NCBI GenBank assembly: GCA_963730935.1
Contig: CAVSTP010000004.1
Coordinates: 1,696,001-1,760,000, forward strand
Source: an uncultured Nitrospiraceae bacterium
Lineage (GTDB): Bacteria > Nitrospirota > Nitrospiria > Nitrospirales > Nitrospiraceae
DNA length: 64,000 bases
Direction of reading: 5' to 3'
Below the pieces are notes generated by a model. It saw only the letters and a program-made list of their open reading frames with translations. It had not been told where the DNA came from and did no database searches. Shown here piece after piece: positions 1-9,778 of the stretch. Made by a program: the position numbers and the translations under genes. Position 1 is the stretch's first letter. The number at the start of each line of letters is the position of its first letter.

Positions 1-918
1 CTCGGGCTCCGGAAAATAGAGCCAGTGCTTGTCCGAAACCTGTTCCCGCGCGACCCCCAAATTGAGGTTGTAGACCGACACCCAGCGCAGCCCTTCCGCC
101 GCCTCTTTCAGATGCGCCGGCATGTCGAGGCAGCGTCGCAGGAGCTCCGGCACAGGAATCGTCGAGATCAGCGACTCGTAATGTTCGTTCCGGCTTTCCC
201 CGTTGTGAAGGTTCCGAAAGAGCGCGCGGCGGCGCTTCGTATCGATTTCGACGAGTTCCATGCCGTTGTGCACCGAGGCGATACCCGTGAGGAAGGATTC
301 GGGAAGCACGCGAATGCCGTCAGTGGCCGGATACTGAAACGACGGGTTGTAGCCGAAGGCCTTATCTTTGATGCCCAAGGCGCCGTTGACGACGTCCGTC
401 AGTTCCGGTTTCGGCACGAGCCATGAAACCCAGTCGGAGGTCAGTTCGTCCAACGACACCTGCCAGAGTTTTTCGTTGAACGGCACCATGAAATGCTTGG
501 CCATGCCTTCGCCGAGATTGTCCAGAATCCATTGCTTGAAGGACCGGTCTTTCGAAGACGCTGCCGGCGCCGTGAGTGTGGCAATAAATCCCAAGAGACA
601 TTCGCGCACCACTTCGGGCGGCAGGCCATGCGTATTTACCTGGAATGGATATTCGGTATAGGTCCGGTGCGAATAGATAAACGACTTGCGGCGGTGCGTT
701 TGAAGCTTCCCAGCCAGCAACCGATCGACCAGCGACTTGATGTCCGGTTGGCGGAAGTGCAGTAGATGACCGGTGTAGTCGAACGTGAATCCATCCTTGC
801 GGTAGGAGCGGCAAAGCCCTCCCACCTCCGCTTCACGTTCATAGAGCCGATAGGAAGGTCCGGACAGATGGTAGGCGGTGCTGAGACCGGCGAGGCCGGC
901 GCCGACGATGACGATCAT
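1..918 (-). CDS. FAD-dependent oxidoreductase resembling eukaryote-type UDP-galactopyranose mutase (partial, runs off the left edge)
   Basis: Not in the ORF track. Manual translation from ATG 918 gives MIVIVGAGLAGLSTAYHL (GxGxxG), GGLCRS..GFTFDYTGHLLHF, YPFQVN, FKQWILDNLGEGMAKHFMVPFNEKLW and FGYNPSFQYP. ATGA overlap with the upstream stop at 915-918. Confidence 0.8.
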   Translation of the reverse strand, partial: MIVIVGAGLAGLSTAYHLSGPSYRLYEREAEVGGLCRSYRKDGFTFDYTGHLLHFRQPDIKSLVDRLLAGKLQTHRRKSFIYSHRTYTEYPFQVNTHGLPPEVVRECLLGFIATLTAPAASSKDRSFKQWILDNLGEGMAKHFMVPFNEKLWQVSLDELTSDWVSWLVPKPELTDVVNGALGIKDKAFGYNPSFQYPATDGIRVLPESFLTGIASVHNGMELVEIDTKRRRALFRNLHNGESRNEHYESLISTIPVPELLRRCLDMPAHLKEAAEGLRWVSVYNLNLGVAREQVSDKHWLYFPEPE

Positions 919-1961
919 GCTGCGGAGGATCCTTCCTGCGCAGGCGATGTGACGACCGAGGGGCGCGGCATGCGGACATCGATTTTTTTCAGCGCAAAGG
1001 TGGAGCCCAGCAGCACCGCCATGGTGCCGAGACACAGGCTCCAAGCCGTGTCCTGTCCGACCATCATCAGCAGCAGGCCGATGGCGGCGACGAGGGCCGT
1101 CGCGACATAGCTCACGAGCACGATCCCGGGAACCGTCATGCCCCAATGCCGCAAGCGGATCGCGATGTGATCAGGGCTGCCCCAAAAAATGGGAAGACCT
1201 CGTTGATAGCGGATCCACATGACAAACAACGTGTCGAAAATGGGAATGCCGAGGATGAACGCCGGCGTCAACACCGAGAACGGATGGTCGCTCGGATATT
1301 TGCCGATCATGGCCATCGCGCCCAGCAACAACCCGATGAACATTGCGCCCGTGTCTCCCATGTAAATCCTGGCAGGATGCCAGTTGTACTTGAGAAATCC
1401 CACCAAGCTGCCGGTCAGCGCGGCGAGCATAAACACGATCGTTTGATCGCCTTGTAGCCAGGCCGCAATAAACAGCCCTCCGGCGCTGACCGCCCCGACA
1501 CCCGCCGAGAGCCCGTCCATGATATCCAAGAGATTAAAGGCATTGATCATCCCGATCATCCAGAACACCGTCAACACCAGGTCCACCCACTCGGGCAGCG
1601 CCGCGATCTCAATTCTGATGCCGCTCTTGATCAAGACAAACACGGCGAGCAACTGTCCGGCCAGCTTCGTCCATGGCGTCAGCACGCCGAAATCGTCGAT
1701 GAGTCCGAGCATGACGACGATGGTTCCTCCGAGGATGATGCCGAGAACGTCGTGGCGGAACTCGAAGGTGAACGCGAGGCTCATCAGGAAGGCCAGATAG
1801 ATGGCCAGGCCTCCGAAATAGGGCACCGGCTCCTGTTGATGTTTAAGCCGGCCGTCCGGCGCATCCACGATGCCGTATTTCAGCGCCGCCTGCCTGGCGA
1901 TAGGAACACCGTACAAGGCCAGTGCGAACGACAAGATGAATGTCAGCAGCAGAAGAGACAT
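915..1961 (-). CDS. WecA/TagO (MraY-family) undecaprenyl-phosphate GlcNAc-1-phosphate transferase
   Basis: Polytopic membrane protein with PYFGG, GLIDD, NAFNLLDIMDGL, YMGDTG and FDT motifs. Confidence 0.9.
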   Translation of the reverse strand: MSLLLLTFILSFALALYGVPIARQAALKYGIVDAPDGRLKHQQEPVPYFGGLAIYLAFLMSLAFTFEFRHDVLGIILGGTIVVMLGLIDDFGVLTPWTKLAGQLLAVFVLIKSGIRIEIAALPEWVDLVLTVFWMIGMINAFNLLDIMDGLSAGVGAVSAGGLFIAAWLQGDQTIVFMLAALTGSLVGFLKYNWHPARIYMGDTGAMFIGLLLGAMAMIGKYPSDHPFSVLTPAFILGIPIFDTLFVMWIRYQRGLPIFWGSPDHIAIRLRHWGMTVPGIVLVSYVATALVAAIGLLLMMVGQDTAWSLCLGTMAVLLGSTFALKKIDVRMPRPSVVTSPAQEGSSAA

Positions 1962-1982
1962 CGTTGTGCCTTCATGACTTCC

Positions 1983-3107
1983 CTATCCACCATAGGCATG
2001 AGCCAAACAAGCTTCGTACACCTGTTCATGCCGCTGAACGACGGTGGACATTTGAAATGCAGCGAGCACACGTGCCCGCCCCCGAATTCCCATCTGCCTG
2101 GCTCGCTCTGGATCGCGCAGCAGAGACCCCATCGCGTCGGCGAGTGCCGCGGCGTTTCCAGGCTCCACGAGCAGTCCAGTCTCGCCCGGCACGACGAATT
2201 CCGGGATGCCGCCGACCGCCGTGGCCACCACCGGTTTTCCAGCGGCCATGGCTTCGAGAATCGCGATGCCGAACCCTTCATACAGCGACGGCAGCACGAA
2301 GAGATCCAACAGCGGGAGGATCCTTGGTATGTCTCTCCTCGCGCCGGCGAATACCGTGCAGTCGGAAAGACCCAACTGCCGGCTCAGCGCCTCGAGGGAC
2401 TCACGCGCTGGCCCCTCACCCACAATCAGGAGCTGGCAGCGTGGATCGTTGCCGCCCATGTTCAACGCCGCCATCGCCTGCAACAGCACGCTTAAGCCCT
2501 TTTTGGGTTCGACGAGACGGCACACCGTCCCGACCATCGGTCCCCCGTCCCGCAGGCGCAGCTCTTTTCTGCTCGTGGCATCGCCCGCCGCAAACTGACC
2601 GGCATCGACGCCGAACGGAATGATCGTCTGCAGAGCGGCCGGTGCGCCGAGACAGTTCGAGACCGAGCGTCGCACAGCTTCCGAGCAACAGACCACTGCA
2701 TGGGACCATTGGAACGTGAAACGGTCGATCATCCGCACAAGGCGCCCTTCACTCACGATCTCGTCATGATAGGAGCACACCACCCGGACCGCTTTGGACA
2801 GACGCCCCAACAGGCGAGCCGCCAGATTGGCCCAAAACAGAAACGACTGAATCACGTCCGGCCGCTCCTCCTGCATCAGTTTCCACAAGCGAACCAAGAC
2901 CCGAAGGTCAAATTTTCCAGCTCCGTTGAGGCAGACCACCCGTACGCCCCGCCGGCGAAGTTCCTCCACCAAGCATCCGCCGCTCTTCAGGGAGCAGACC
3001 GTCACATCGAACTTCGAGCGGTCGATGCCCGACGCCAACTCAAGCACATGCGTTTCGGTCCCTCCGACTCCCAGCCCCACCGCCAACAGCATGACCTTAG
3101 TTCGCAT
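1983..3107 (-). CDS. GT4 family glycosyltransferase
   Basis: GGTETH N-terminus; PSLYEGFGIAILEAMAAGKPVV (ExE7 motif). Start moved to MRTKVMLL at 3107. Confidence 0.9.
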   Translation of the reverse strand: MRTKVMLLAVGLGVGGTETHVLELASGIDRSKFDVTVCSLKSGGCLVEELRRRGVRVVCLNGAGKFDLRVLVRLWKLMQEERPDVIQSFLFWANLAARLLGRLSKAVRVVCSYHDEIVSEGRLVRMIDRFTFQWSHAVVCCSEAVRRSVSNCLGAPAALQTIIPFGVDAGQFAAGDATSRKELRLRDGGPMVGTVCRLVEPKKGLSVLLQAMAALNMGGNDPRCQLLIVGEGPARESLEALSRQLGLSDCTVFAGARRDIPRILPLLDLFVLPSLYEGFGIAILEAMAAGKPVVATAVGGIPEFVVPGETGLLVEPGNAAALADAMGSLLRDPERARQMGIRGRARVLAAFQMSTVVQRHEQVYEACLAHAYGG

Positions 3108-4479
3108 GGTGGAGCGCACCGGCAGAGGGTACGCGCACGAGGATCGAGTCATACCAGTCCAAATAGGCGCGCACTTGTCGGTGGATATCGAACCGGTCCT
3201 TCACCATTTGCTGCGCTTCGCCTGCCATCAACAGGCGAATGCCTTCTCGCTCGAGCAGCCGGACGACTTGTTGAGCCATACCTTCGGCGTCGCCGGCAGG
3301 AACGAGGAATCCCGTTCGCCCGTCGATGACTTGTTCCGGAATCCCGCCCACCGCAGTGGCAACGACCGGCACACCGCACGCAGCGGCTTCAATCACGGAA
3401 CTTGGAAACGTATCGGCCTTCGCGGCGTGCACGTAGACGTCCGCCGCCTGGTAGTACCGTGCCACGAACGAGGGAGCGTCCTGATACGGCACGAACTGGA
3501 TCCGCGCCGTTCCAATCGATTCCTCTTTTCCGATGTCGCCGAGTGCGATGAACAGTACCGGCTGTTCTTTCATCATCTCGGCGATGCGCGCGAGTGCCGC
3601 CCGCATCGTTTGATAGTCCTTCCACATATTCTGTTTGACGCCGTTTGCGGCGAACAGGAGGATGTGGGCGTCTTGCGGCAGACCGAGCCGTGACCGCGCC
3701 TCTCGCCGATCGGCGCCGGTAAAGATCGTCAGATCGATACCGTTTGGAATCACGCGTTGCTCGACACAGGCCGGCTTCAGCATCGATGCATCCACCTTGT
3801 CCATCAGCCACCGCGAGGGGGTCGCGACATACAGGCGGCTTCGGGCGAAGATGCGTTGCTTGCGCTGCCAGTTGTAGTCCGTGGCATCACGGTTCGCTGC
3901 CGGATAGATGGTCAGGTCCGGGCAGTCGCCGCAGCCCGTCTTCCATCGCTCGCAGGAGAACGAATGCGCGCAGTGTCCGCTGAGCAGCCAAGCGTCATGG
4001 AGCGTCAGGACGAGTGGAAACATCCGGCTGAGGGACGGCAGAGCGGCGATGTCGAAATAACCACCGTCTCTCAACCATCCTCCGTGAAGATTGTGGCAAT
4101 GAAGAATGTCCGGCCTTTTCTTGAGTGCCGTGGGGATTCGCCAGGTACCGGGAAAATCGAAATCTTCACGGCCTTGCCGACGCTCCCACCAGCGGCGCGG
4201 CTGCCCCACGACGAGCCGGATTGCGTGCTGCAGGTGACGGACGCCCCGCAGCGGTCCCAGCGAGTTTGCAATGCGTTCGGCGGCAGCCATGCAGCGCTGG
4301 CTCCACCGGCTGCGGAGGTTGTCGTGGGTCAATTCCACAACATCGGGGTCCTGACTGCGCTTGCAGCCCACGGCCAAGGCAGATCCGTGGCCGCCGTTGC
4401 GGTACGCATGGAACAGCTGCCAGGCCACCGATTCCGCCCCGCCGGCCTTGTCGGCTGTACTGATCTGCAGGATGTGCAT
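3097..4479 (-). CDS. GT4 family glycosyltransferase, WcaC-like
   Basis: GGAE, HCHNLHG, TLHDAWLLSGHC with Cys-rich insert (CERWKTGCGDCP), and DTFPSSVIEAAACGVPVV. Confidence 0.88.
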   Translation of the reverse strand: MHILQISTADKAGGAESVAWQLFHAYRNGGHGSALAVGCKRSQDPDVVELTHDNLRSRWSQRCMAAAERIANSLGPLRGVRHLQHAIRLVVGQPRRWWERRQGREDFDFPGTWRIPTALKKRPDILHCHNLHGGWLRDGGYFDIAALPSLSRMFPLVLTLHDAWLLSGHCAHSFSCERWKTGCGDCPDLTIYPAANRDATDYNWQRKQRIFARSRLYVATPSRWLMDKVDASMLKPACVEQRVIPNGIDLTIFTGADRREARSRLGLPQDAHILLFAANGVKQNMWKDYQTMRAALARIAEMMKEQPVLFIALGDIGKEESIGTARIQFVPYQDAPSFVARYYQAADVYVHAAKADTFPSSVIEAAACGVPVVATAVGGIPEQVIDGRTGFLVPAGDAEGMAQQVVRLLEREGIRLLMAGEAQQMVKDRFDIHRQVRAYLDWYDSILVRVPSAGALHHAN

Positions 4480-4497
4480 AGGGGAATAGGATACCGG

Positions 4498-5406
4498 TTA
4501 GACCGTGAATCCGGTAATGATTTCCCATTCCTTTCCGGACCACACAACCACCCGCGACGGGTAACAGATCCCTATGCGGAACAAGGGCAATTGCAGGTAT
4601 TTGGGAAGGCGGGCGAACGAATATTGGCGGAAGATTTTCCAGAGGATTCCGCGGGTGAGATTTTCGATCCGGCCGGTCGGCCAGAAGCCTTTTGCCCGGA
4701 GCACCTGTTCGGCCTCCGCCATGTAGCGGTCGCGGTAGAGCACGGATTTCTGAGCCCCGTGCGATCGAAAACCTCCAAGCAGTGCCTGAGCGCCGAAAAG
4801 CTCGGCATGGTCGTAAAATCTGGCCCAGAGTTCAAAGTCGGCCGCCATGTGTAGCCCCGTATCCAACCGGCCCCCGGCGCGATCCCAGAGCGACCGTCGC
4901 CAGAAGGTCGACTCCTGTTGGATCCACCGCCGCCCGTAGGAGCCCTTCGCGGGGAAATTGCCTCCCCGGACGAACGAATGCCGGCTGAAGCCGCCGGTAA
5001 AATCGACGGCCACCGCCTGCCCCTGCTGATTCCAACTCACCGGATGCACGCTCGTCAGCCAGTCGATCTCCGGAAACGACGAAAAGATCTCTGCGACGAC
5101 AGACAAGGTCCAGGGCGTGTACTTGTCGTCACTGTTGAGCCACGCCATGATGTCTCCGGTCGTCCGCGCAAATCCCTTGTTAATGGCGTCATACTGGCCC
5201 TGGTCAGGCTCGCTGACCCAATAGGCCAACCGGTCGGCGTAGCGTCGGATGATCGTTGCGCTGCCGTCCGACGAACCCCCGTCGATGACCACGTACTCCA
5301 CGTGTGGATAGGTTTGACCGAGCACAGATTGCATGGCTTCCTCCAGGAATTGCCCCTGGTTGAAGGAGGGAGTCACGATGGAAATGGTCGGACGTCGCTC
5401 AGTCAT
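4498..5406 (-). CDS. GT2 family glycosyltransferase (WfgS/WcaE-like)
   Basis: ISIVTPSFNQ, DGGSSD, GQYDAINKGF, WLNSDD. Start moved to 5406. Confidence 0.9.
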   Translation of the reverse strand: MTERRPTISIVTPSFNQGQFLEEAMQSVLGQTYPHVEYVVIDGGSSDGSATIIRRYADRLAYWVSEPDQGQYDAINKGFARTTGDIMAWLNSDDKYTPWTLSVVAEIFSSFPEIDWLTSVHPVSWNQQGQAVAVDFTGGFSRHSFVRGGNFPAKGSYGRRWIQQESTFWRRSLWDRAGGRLDTGLHMAADFELWARFYDHAELFGAQALLGGFRSHGAQKSVLYRDRYMAEAEQVLRAKGFWPTGRIENLTRGILWKIFRQYSFARLPKYLQLPLFRIGICYPSRVVVWSGKEWEIITGFTV

Positions 5407-6253
5407 GACGATGGCCGGCAAAGACTTTGTCCAGGTATCGCTGCATCTGTTGGTTTTGTGCGTCCCGCTGCTCGGCAGTCGCGTAAAAATGATGCCGTCG
5501 GAATATGCCGTCTTCCTTGACGAACGCGATGTCCGCCTGCGACAGCGCACTGTCGAGCGGGCGGTATTGCCGTCCGACGATGTCGTACGGCACAAACCCC
5601 CTCGCCTTCATATAGGTGAGGATGTCCACGCATTCCGGTCCGCCCTCGAAGAATTTGAAGAAGGACACCTCCAGAACGACAAGCTCGGTGTTGCTCAGCG
5701 TACGTTCGGCACCTTTCAGCACGTCGAGCTCTGCACCCTGAACGTCCACCTTGAGCAGATATGGACCGTCTGCGCCGGCTTCGCGCACGAGGCGGTCGAC
5801 CGTGAGAGAACGCACGGTTCGCGTCACGCCGTTGACGCCCGTACCGGTTTCGATTTCACGGTACAGAGAGGAGCCGACGAGGTCCGGATGCACATTGATC
5901 GCAAGATCTCCTTCGAGGGCGGACGCGGCGGCAATCGTGAACTCGACGGATGGCGACGACTGCTTCACCTGCACGAGCAGCGGTCGATATTCCTCGAGCG
6001 GCTCAATGAGCAGATAGCGAGTATCCGGAAACACGCTCTGACAGAGACGCGTGAACGATCCATAGGCCGCACCGACATCGATGACGGCACGCGGTACGAA
6101 TCCCATCGTGCGGGCCTGCTCGAGCGTGTGGAGGACCGACTCTCTGTGAAGAGACAAACCGTTGCCCGGCGCGATCCGGCGGATTTCAAATCCGGCCAGC
6201 GCGAACATCCGTTGGATGCAGGTTTTGATGTGCCTACGGCTCACAAGGCTCAT
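5399..6253 (-). CDS. FkbM family methyltransferase
   Basis: IDVGAAYG, LIEP, LLKVDVQGAELDVLKG. GAAGGAG RBS before ATG 6253. Confidence 0.88.
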   Translation of the reverse strand: MSLVSRRHIKTCIQRMFALAGFEIRRIAPGNGLSLHRESVLHTLEQARTMGFVPRAVIDVGAAYGSFTRLCQSVFPDTRYLLIEPLEEYRPLLVQVKQSSPSVEFTIAAASALEGDLAINVHPDLVGSSLYREIETGTGVNGVTRTVRSLTVDRLVREAGADGPYLLKVDVQGAELDVLKGAERTLSNTELVVLEVSFFKFFEGGPECVDILTYMKARGFVPYDIVGRQYRPLDSALSQADIAFVKEDGIFRRHHFYATAEQRDAQNQQMQRYLDKVFAGHRHD

Positions 6254-7307
6254 CTCCTTCCCTGCCATCCCACCATGCCGCCAGCATGTTGGCGAACTGC
6301 TCTTCGGTCCAGTCTCTCACGACGAACCGCGGCATCTGATAGATGTCGGACGTGCTGGTCACGGTGTCGGGAAAGTTCGAGCAGGCGAGCGCAAACCCCT
6401 CTTCGTTGACGAGCACCGCCGTGTCTTTCGTATAGTCCGCCCTCGTCCCATAGGGATACGCAAACGTTCTGACCGGCCGACCCATGATCGCTTCGAGGCA
6501 TTCCTTGCTGGAGGCGATTTCCTTGCGCTGAGCGGTGAGCGGAAGGTTCGCCAAGACCTGGTGCGAGGCCGTGTGGGCACCGACCTCGACCCCGGGCGCT
6601 TCGGCCATACGCCGGACATCCTCTCGTGTCAGCATCCGAGGGCTGGGACTCCGGTCATCACTGACGCTGGCCCAGGCACGAAGGTCGCAGAGCGCGCGTT
6701 GCCGAGTCTCCTCGGTGAGGGGCTTGAACAGGCGGCACAGGGTCCGGTAGAGACGGTGACGCTCGGTCGGATCGTCGCAACGCAGCACATTCCACGTCCT
6801 GTGTGCCGCGAAATCCGCATTCGTGTATTCAGCGTCACGGCCCATGTCCCATTCGAACACCCGTCCATCGATCTCCAGTTTGAGGGAAGAAGGCAGCAAC
6901 GAGGGATGGAGCAAGCGCTGCTCCAGTTCGTCCCACCAGAATGCCGAACCTGTTGCAAGCGCTGCGGTCGCGACGAACACGGTGGCCGGGACCTTGCACG
7001 AATCGAGAATGGGCTTCGCATGCGAAAGATTGTCGGCGTACCCATCGTCGAACGTCACGGCGACCAGTCGGGAACCGGTGCCACCACTCGGCATCCGGCT
7101 CACCAGCTCATGGAGGCTGACGACCTCGAAATGACGTGACAGATGCGTCATCTGATCGGCAAACCGCTCAGGCGTCACGGACAGCAACTGAGGATCCGTC
7201 GCAGGAGCGGCGACCCTGTGGTAAAGCAGAATGAATCCAACGGGACGGGTGCGAGGCCAGAGCCTCCGCATCCGGGCGCTGATTCTGGACAGGCTGGGGA
7301 TGTTCAT
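6234..7307 (-). CDS. Polysaccharide deacetylase (CE4/NodB family)
   Basis: ILLYHRV, VTFDDGY, GAHTASH and FAYPYG motifs. Confidence 0.9.
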   Translation of the reverse strand: MNIPSLSRISARMRRLWPRTRPVGFILLYHRVAAPATDPQLLSVTPERFADQMTHLSRHFEVVSLHELVSRMPSGGTGSRLVAVTFDDGYADNLSHAKPILDSCKVPATVFVATAALATGSAFWWDELEQRLLHPSLLPSSLKLEIDGRVFEWDMGRDAEYTNADFAAHRTWNVLRCDDPTERHRLYRTLCRLFKPLTEETRQRALCDLRAWASVSDDRSPSPRMLTREDVRRMAEAPGVEVGAHTASHQVLANLPLTAQRKEIASSKECLEAIMGRPVRTFAYPYGTRADYTKDTAVLVNEEGFALACSNFPDTVTSTSDIYQMPRFVVRDWTEEQFANMLAAWWDGREGDEPCEP

Positions 7308-7365
7308 GTGGTCATGATCATTTCGCGGTTACCCGGGAGGATTGCCGGCGCTCACCAGCGGAGGA

Positions 7366-8187
7366 TCACACAGCGGACGCACGTTGGCGGAAGACGGCAA
7401 TCGCGTCTCGAGGAATAAAGCCAACATCGGATGAAATCACCTGGAGGTCAAGCGCTTTCAGGAAATGTTCCATCAACTGTGGACACATGGTTCCGAAGGC
7501 GCAAAACGAGGTCCGTTGTTTCACGTTGCCTTCCAGATCGGCTTCGAACTGCCGCCATCCAATCGGTGAAATGACCGAGGCATAATGGATCAACCCGATG
7601 CCGCCGGGCTTCAAGAGCCGTGCAATCTGGCGCAAGTACCAGTGCACGAGCCTCGGCTCGAAATGCACAAAGACGTCGAACGAAGCGACGAAATCCAAGC
7701 TGTGTTGGGCCAGCGGAGGCAACGTCATGCCGTCTGTGACGTAGGTCCTGAGCGCAGGATGGTCCTCAAACCTGGCGCGCAGACGCTTGAGCATTCCTTC
7801 GGACGGATCGGCCGCATGCAAGACCTCGGTCCTTGGAAGCAGAAGCGAAGTCAACCGGCCTCCGCCCGGACCGATCTCAAGCCCTTCCTTGCTGTGGGCC
7901 GGGAGGTAGCGGTCGAGCACCTGATCGCTCAAGCACTTCGAAAAATTCTTGATGGTGGCCTCATCCAAGCCGTATGTCGTGCCCCCTCCGCTCGTATCTT
8001 CCGCCGTCCACTCATCCCCGAGATGCTTCACCTGGTTCCCGGACAGGACTGCAAACCGGTCGGCCTTCCATCGTTTTGCATACTCATCCCAGCCTCGTGC
8101 GATCATGGACGGTTCTCCGCCATCGGATTGGGCCATGGGGCCCGACCACCAATGCAGCGGATTCAGCATGCGTTGCCAGGTCGTCAC
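7366..8187 (-). CDS. Class I SAM-dependent methyltransferase
   Basis: LEIGPGGGR, SFDVFVH, LKPGG. GTGA overlap with the upstream gene. Confidence 0.85.
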   Translation of the reverse strand: MTTWQRMLNPLHWWSGPMAQSDGGEPSMIARGWDEYAKRWKADRFAVLSGNQVKHLGDEWTAEDTSGGGTTYGLDEATIKNFSKCLSDQVLDRYLPAHSKEGLEIGPGGGRLTSLLLPRTEVLHAADPSEGMLKRLRARFEDHPALRTYVTDGMTLPPLAQHSLDFVASFDVFVHFEPRLVHWYLRQIARLLKPGGIGLIHYASVISPIGWRQFEADLEGNVKQRTSFCAFGTMCPQLMEHFLKALDLQVISSDVGFIPRDAIAVFRQRASAV

Positions 8188-8990
8188 GGGCGCTCTCCCT
8201 TCTGCATGACGGGCTTTACGGCACGGGCGGTGATCACGAGTTGAAAATCGTCATTGCGTGTTGCTAACTCTTCCGGCCGCAGCTCATCCACGGTCAAGCC
8301 ATGCAGGTAAGCGACGGCCAACAGCGCGTTACCCTCCGACTGGACGACAACTTGATCTGGCGGCCAACATTCTTCCAACAGACGCCTGGCTGAGGCCGTG
8401 GTAAACCGCCAATAGTCTCCCCACCGGTCCATGTCGTAGCGGCTGATCTGGCTGATCCCCGTGAACGAGGACAACAGCACTCCGCCTGGGCGAAGAATCC
8501 GATGCAGTGTCCGGACGGCCGCATGCACGTCATAGATGAACTGCAACGTCTGCGTACAGATGATGCAGTCAAACGATTCGGAGGCAATGGCATCGGCGGA
8601 GGTCAAATCGGCGACGATCGTGGCGCCCCCGCCCGGCCGTACGTGCAACACGTCGCGTTGATCGACCTTGGCGCCGCCGTACCGTGTGGTGTAGCGGTCG
8701 TCCCCGATTTCGAGCACGCACCCGCGGATGTCTGATTGATGGGCCTTGAGGAACCGCTCGATGAACACAATGTCGATACAGCGCTCTCGATCTCCCCGAT
8801 CGAGGCCGAACATCCGGCTGATCGGCGTCGTGCGGCGCAGGCTCCCGAACTGCACCCGGCCGACTGGCGGCCAGACCGCTAGGCGGCGCCAGCGAGTCAT
8901 GCAGCGTTGCATCACGGCTTGCAGCAACTCGAACAGTCTTGCCCTCCCCGACGCTTGGTGGATGCCTTCGTGACCGGACATCGTCTTCAT
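8184..8990 (-). CDS. Class I SAM-dependent methyltransferase
   Basis: DIRGCVLEIG, IVADLT, FDCIICTQTL, LRPGGVLL, DYWRFT. ATGA overlap at 8987-8990. Confidence 0.85.
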   Translation of the reverse strand: MKTMSGHEGIHQASGRARLFELLQAVMQRCMTRWRRLAVWPPVGRVQFGSLRRTTPISRMFGLDRGDRERCIDIVFIERFLKAHQSDIRGCVLEIGDDRYTTRYGGAKVDQRDVLHVRPGGGATIVADLTSADAIASESFDCIICTQTLQFIYDVHAAVRTLHRILRPGGVLLSSFTGISQISRYDMDRWGDYWRFTTASARRLLEECWPPDQVVVQSEGNALLAVAYLHGLTVDELRPEELATRNDDFQLVITARAVKPVMQKGERP

Positions 8991-9778
8991 GAGCCCGGAC
9001 GGTACCGCGGCGACCAATTCAGCGGTTTTTGAATACGGGCGCAGATCAACAGCGGAAAATCGGGATCAACGGTTTCCAGTTCCTGCCTCGTGAGTTCTTC
9101 CGACGGAATGCCCGCCATATAGGCCGCCAGCGCAAAATAGTTTCCGTAGGTCTTCAACTGACGATGGGCTTCATCGATGCCCAGTTCACTGCACACCGTT
9201 TCGACCAGGCAAGGCGTAAACCACCAGTACACGTGCGCGTTCTGTCCACTCCCCAGCGAAATGCCGTTGACCGGATAGCCGCTGCGGCACGGGAAGTTAA
9301 TCAGTAATACTCCGCCCGGCTTCAACATCCGAATACTATGGTAGAGGGCCGCACGGAATTCGTAGATGATATGAATGGTGAACTGATTGACGAAACAATC
9401 GAACTGGTCGGACGGCACATGATCGGCCTTCGTCAGATCCGCCACGATCGTGACGCTTGGATCCGAAGACGCCACATCAATGGCTTCGGCCGAGGTGAGG
9501 CGGCTTCCCCCAAAATGGCGGATGGTGCCGGTCACACCGATCTCCAGGGCCCGTCCACGAATGTCTTCTTGCCGTTCTTCGAGGAACCGGTTCCAATAAT
9601 ACCGCACGACCTGGATCCCGACGGCACGGCCCGGATACACTGCCGACGTCCGTCGAAGGCTGAAGCACCGCAGATTCCTCGCCACCGGCAGCTTCAACCA
9701 CTCATGCTTCAAGAGTGAGACGCGGTGTTTGAGACGAACGGCCAGGGAGGCCGCGTCCTGCCATGCTCGAGCGGTCAT
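8987..9778 (-). CDS. Class I SAM-dependent methyltransferase, paralog of the adjacent gene
   Basis: DIRGRALEIG, IVADLT, FDCFV, LKPGGVLL, YWWFT. Confidence 0.83.
   Translation of the reverse strand: MTARAWQDAASLAVRLKHRVSLLKHEWLKLPVARNLRCFSLRRTSAVYPGRAVGIQVVRYYWNRFLEERQEDIRGRALEIGVTGTIRHFGGSRLTSAEAIDVASSDPSVTIVADLTKADHVPSDQFDCFVNQFTIHIIYEFRAALYHSIRMLKPGGVLLINFPCRSGYPVNGISLGSGQNAHVYWWFTPCLVETVCSELGIDEAHRQLKTYGNYFALAAYMAGIPSEELTRQELETVDPDFPLLICARIQKPLNWSPRYRPGS

Noticed and set aside
25..842. Short ORFs listed at the left edge
   Set aside because: Explained as shadows of the real minus-strand gene starting at 918.
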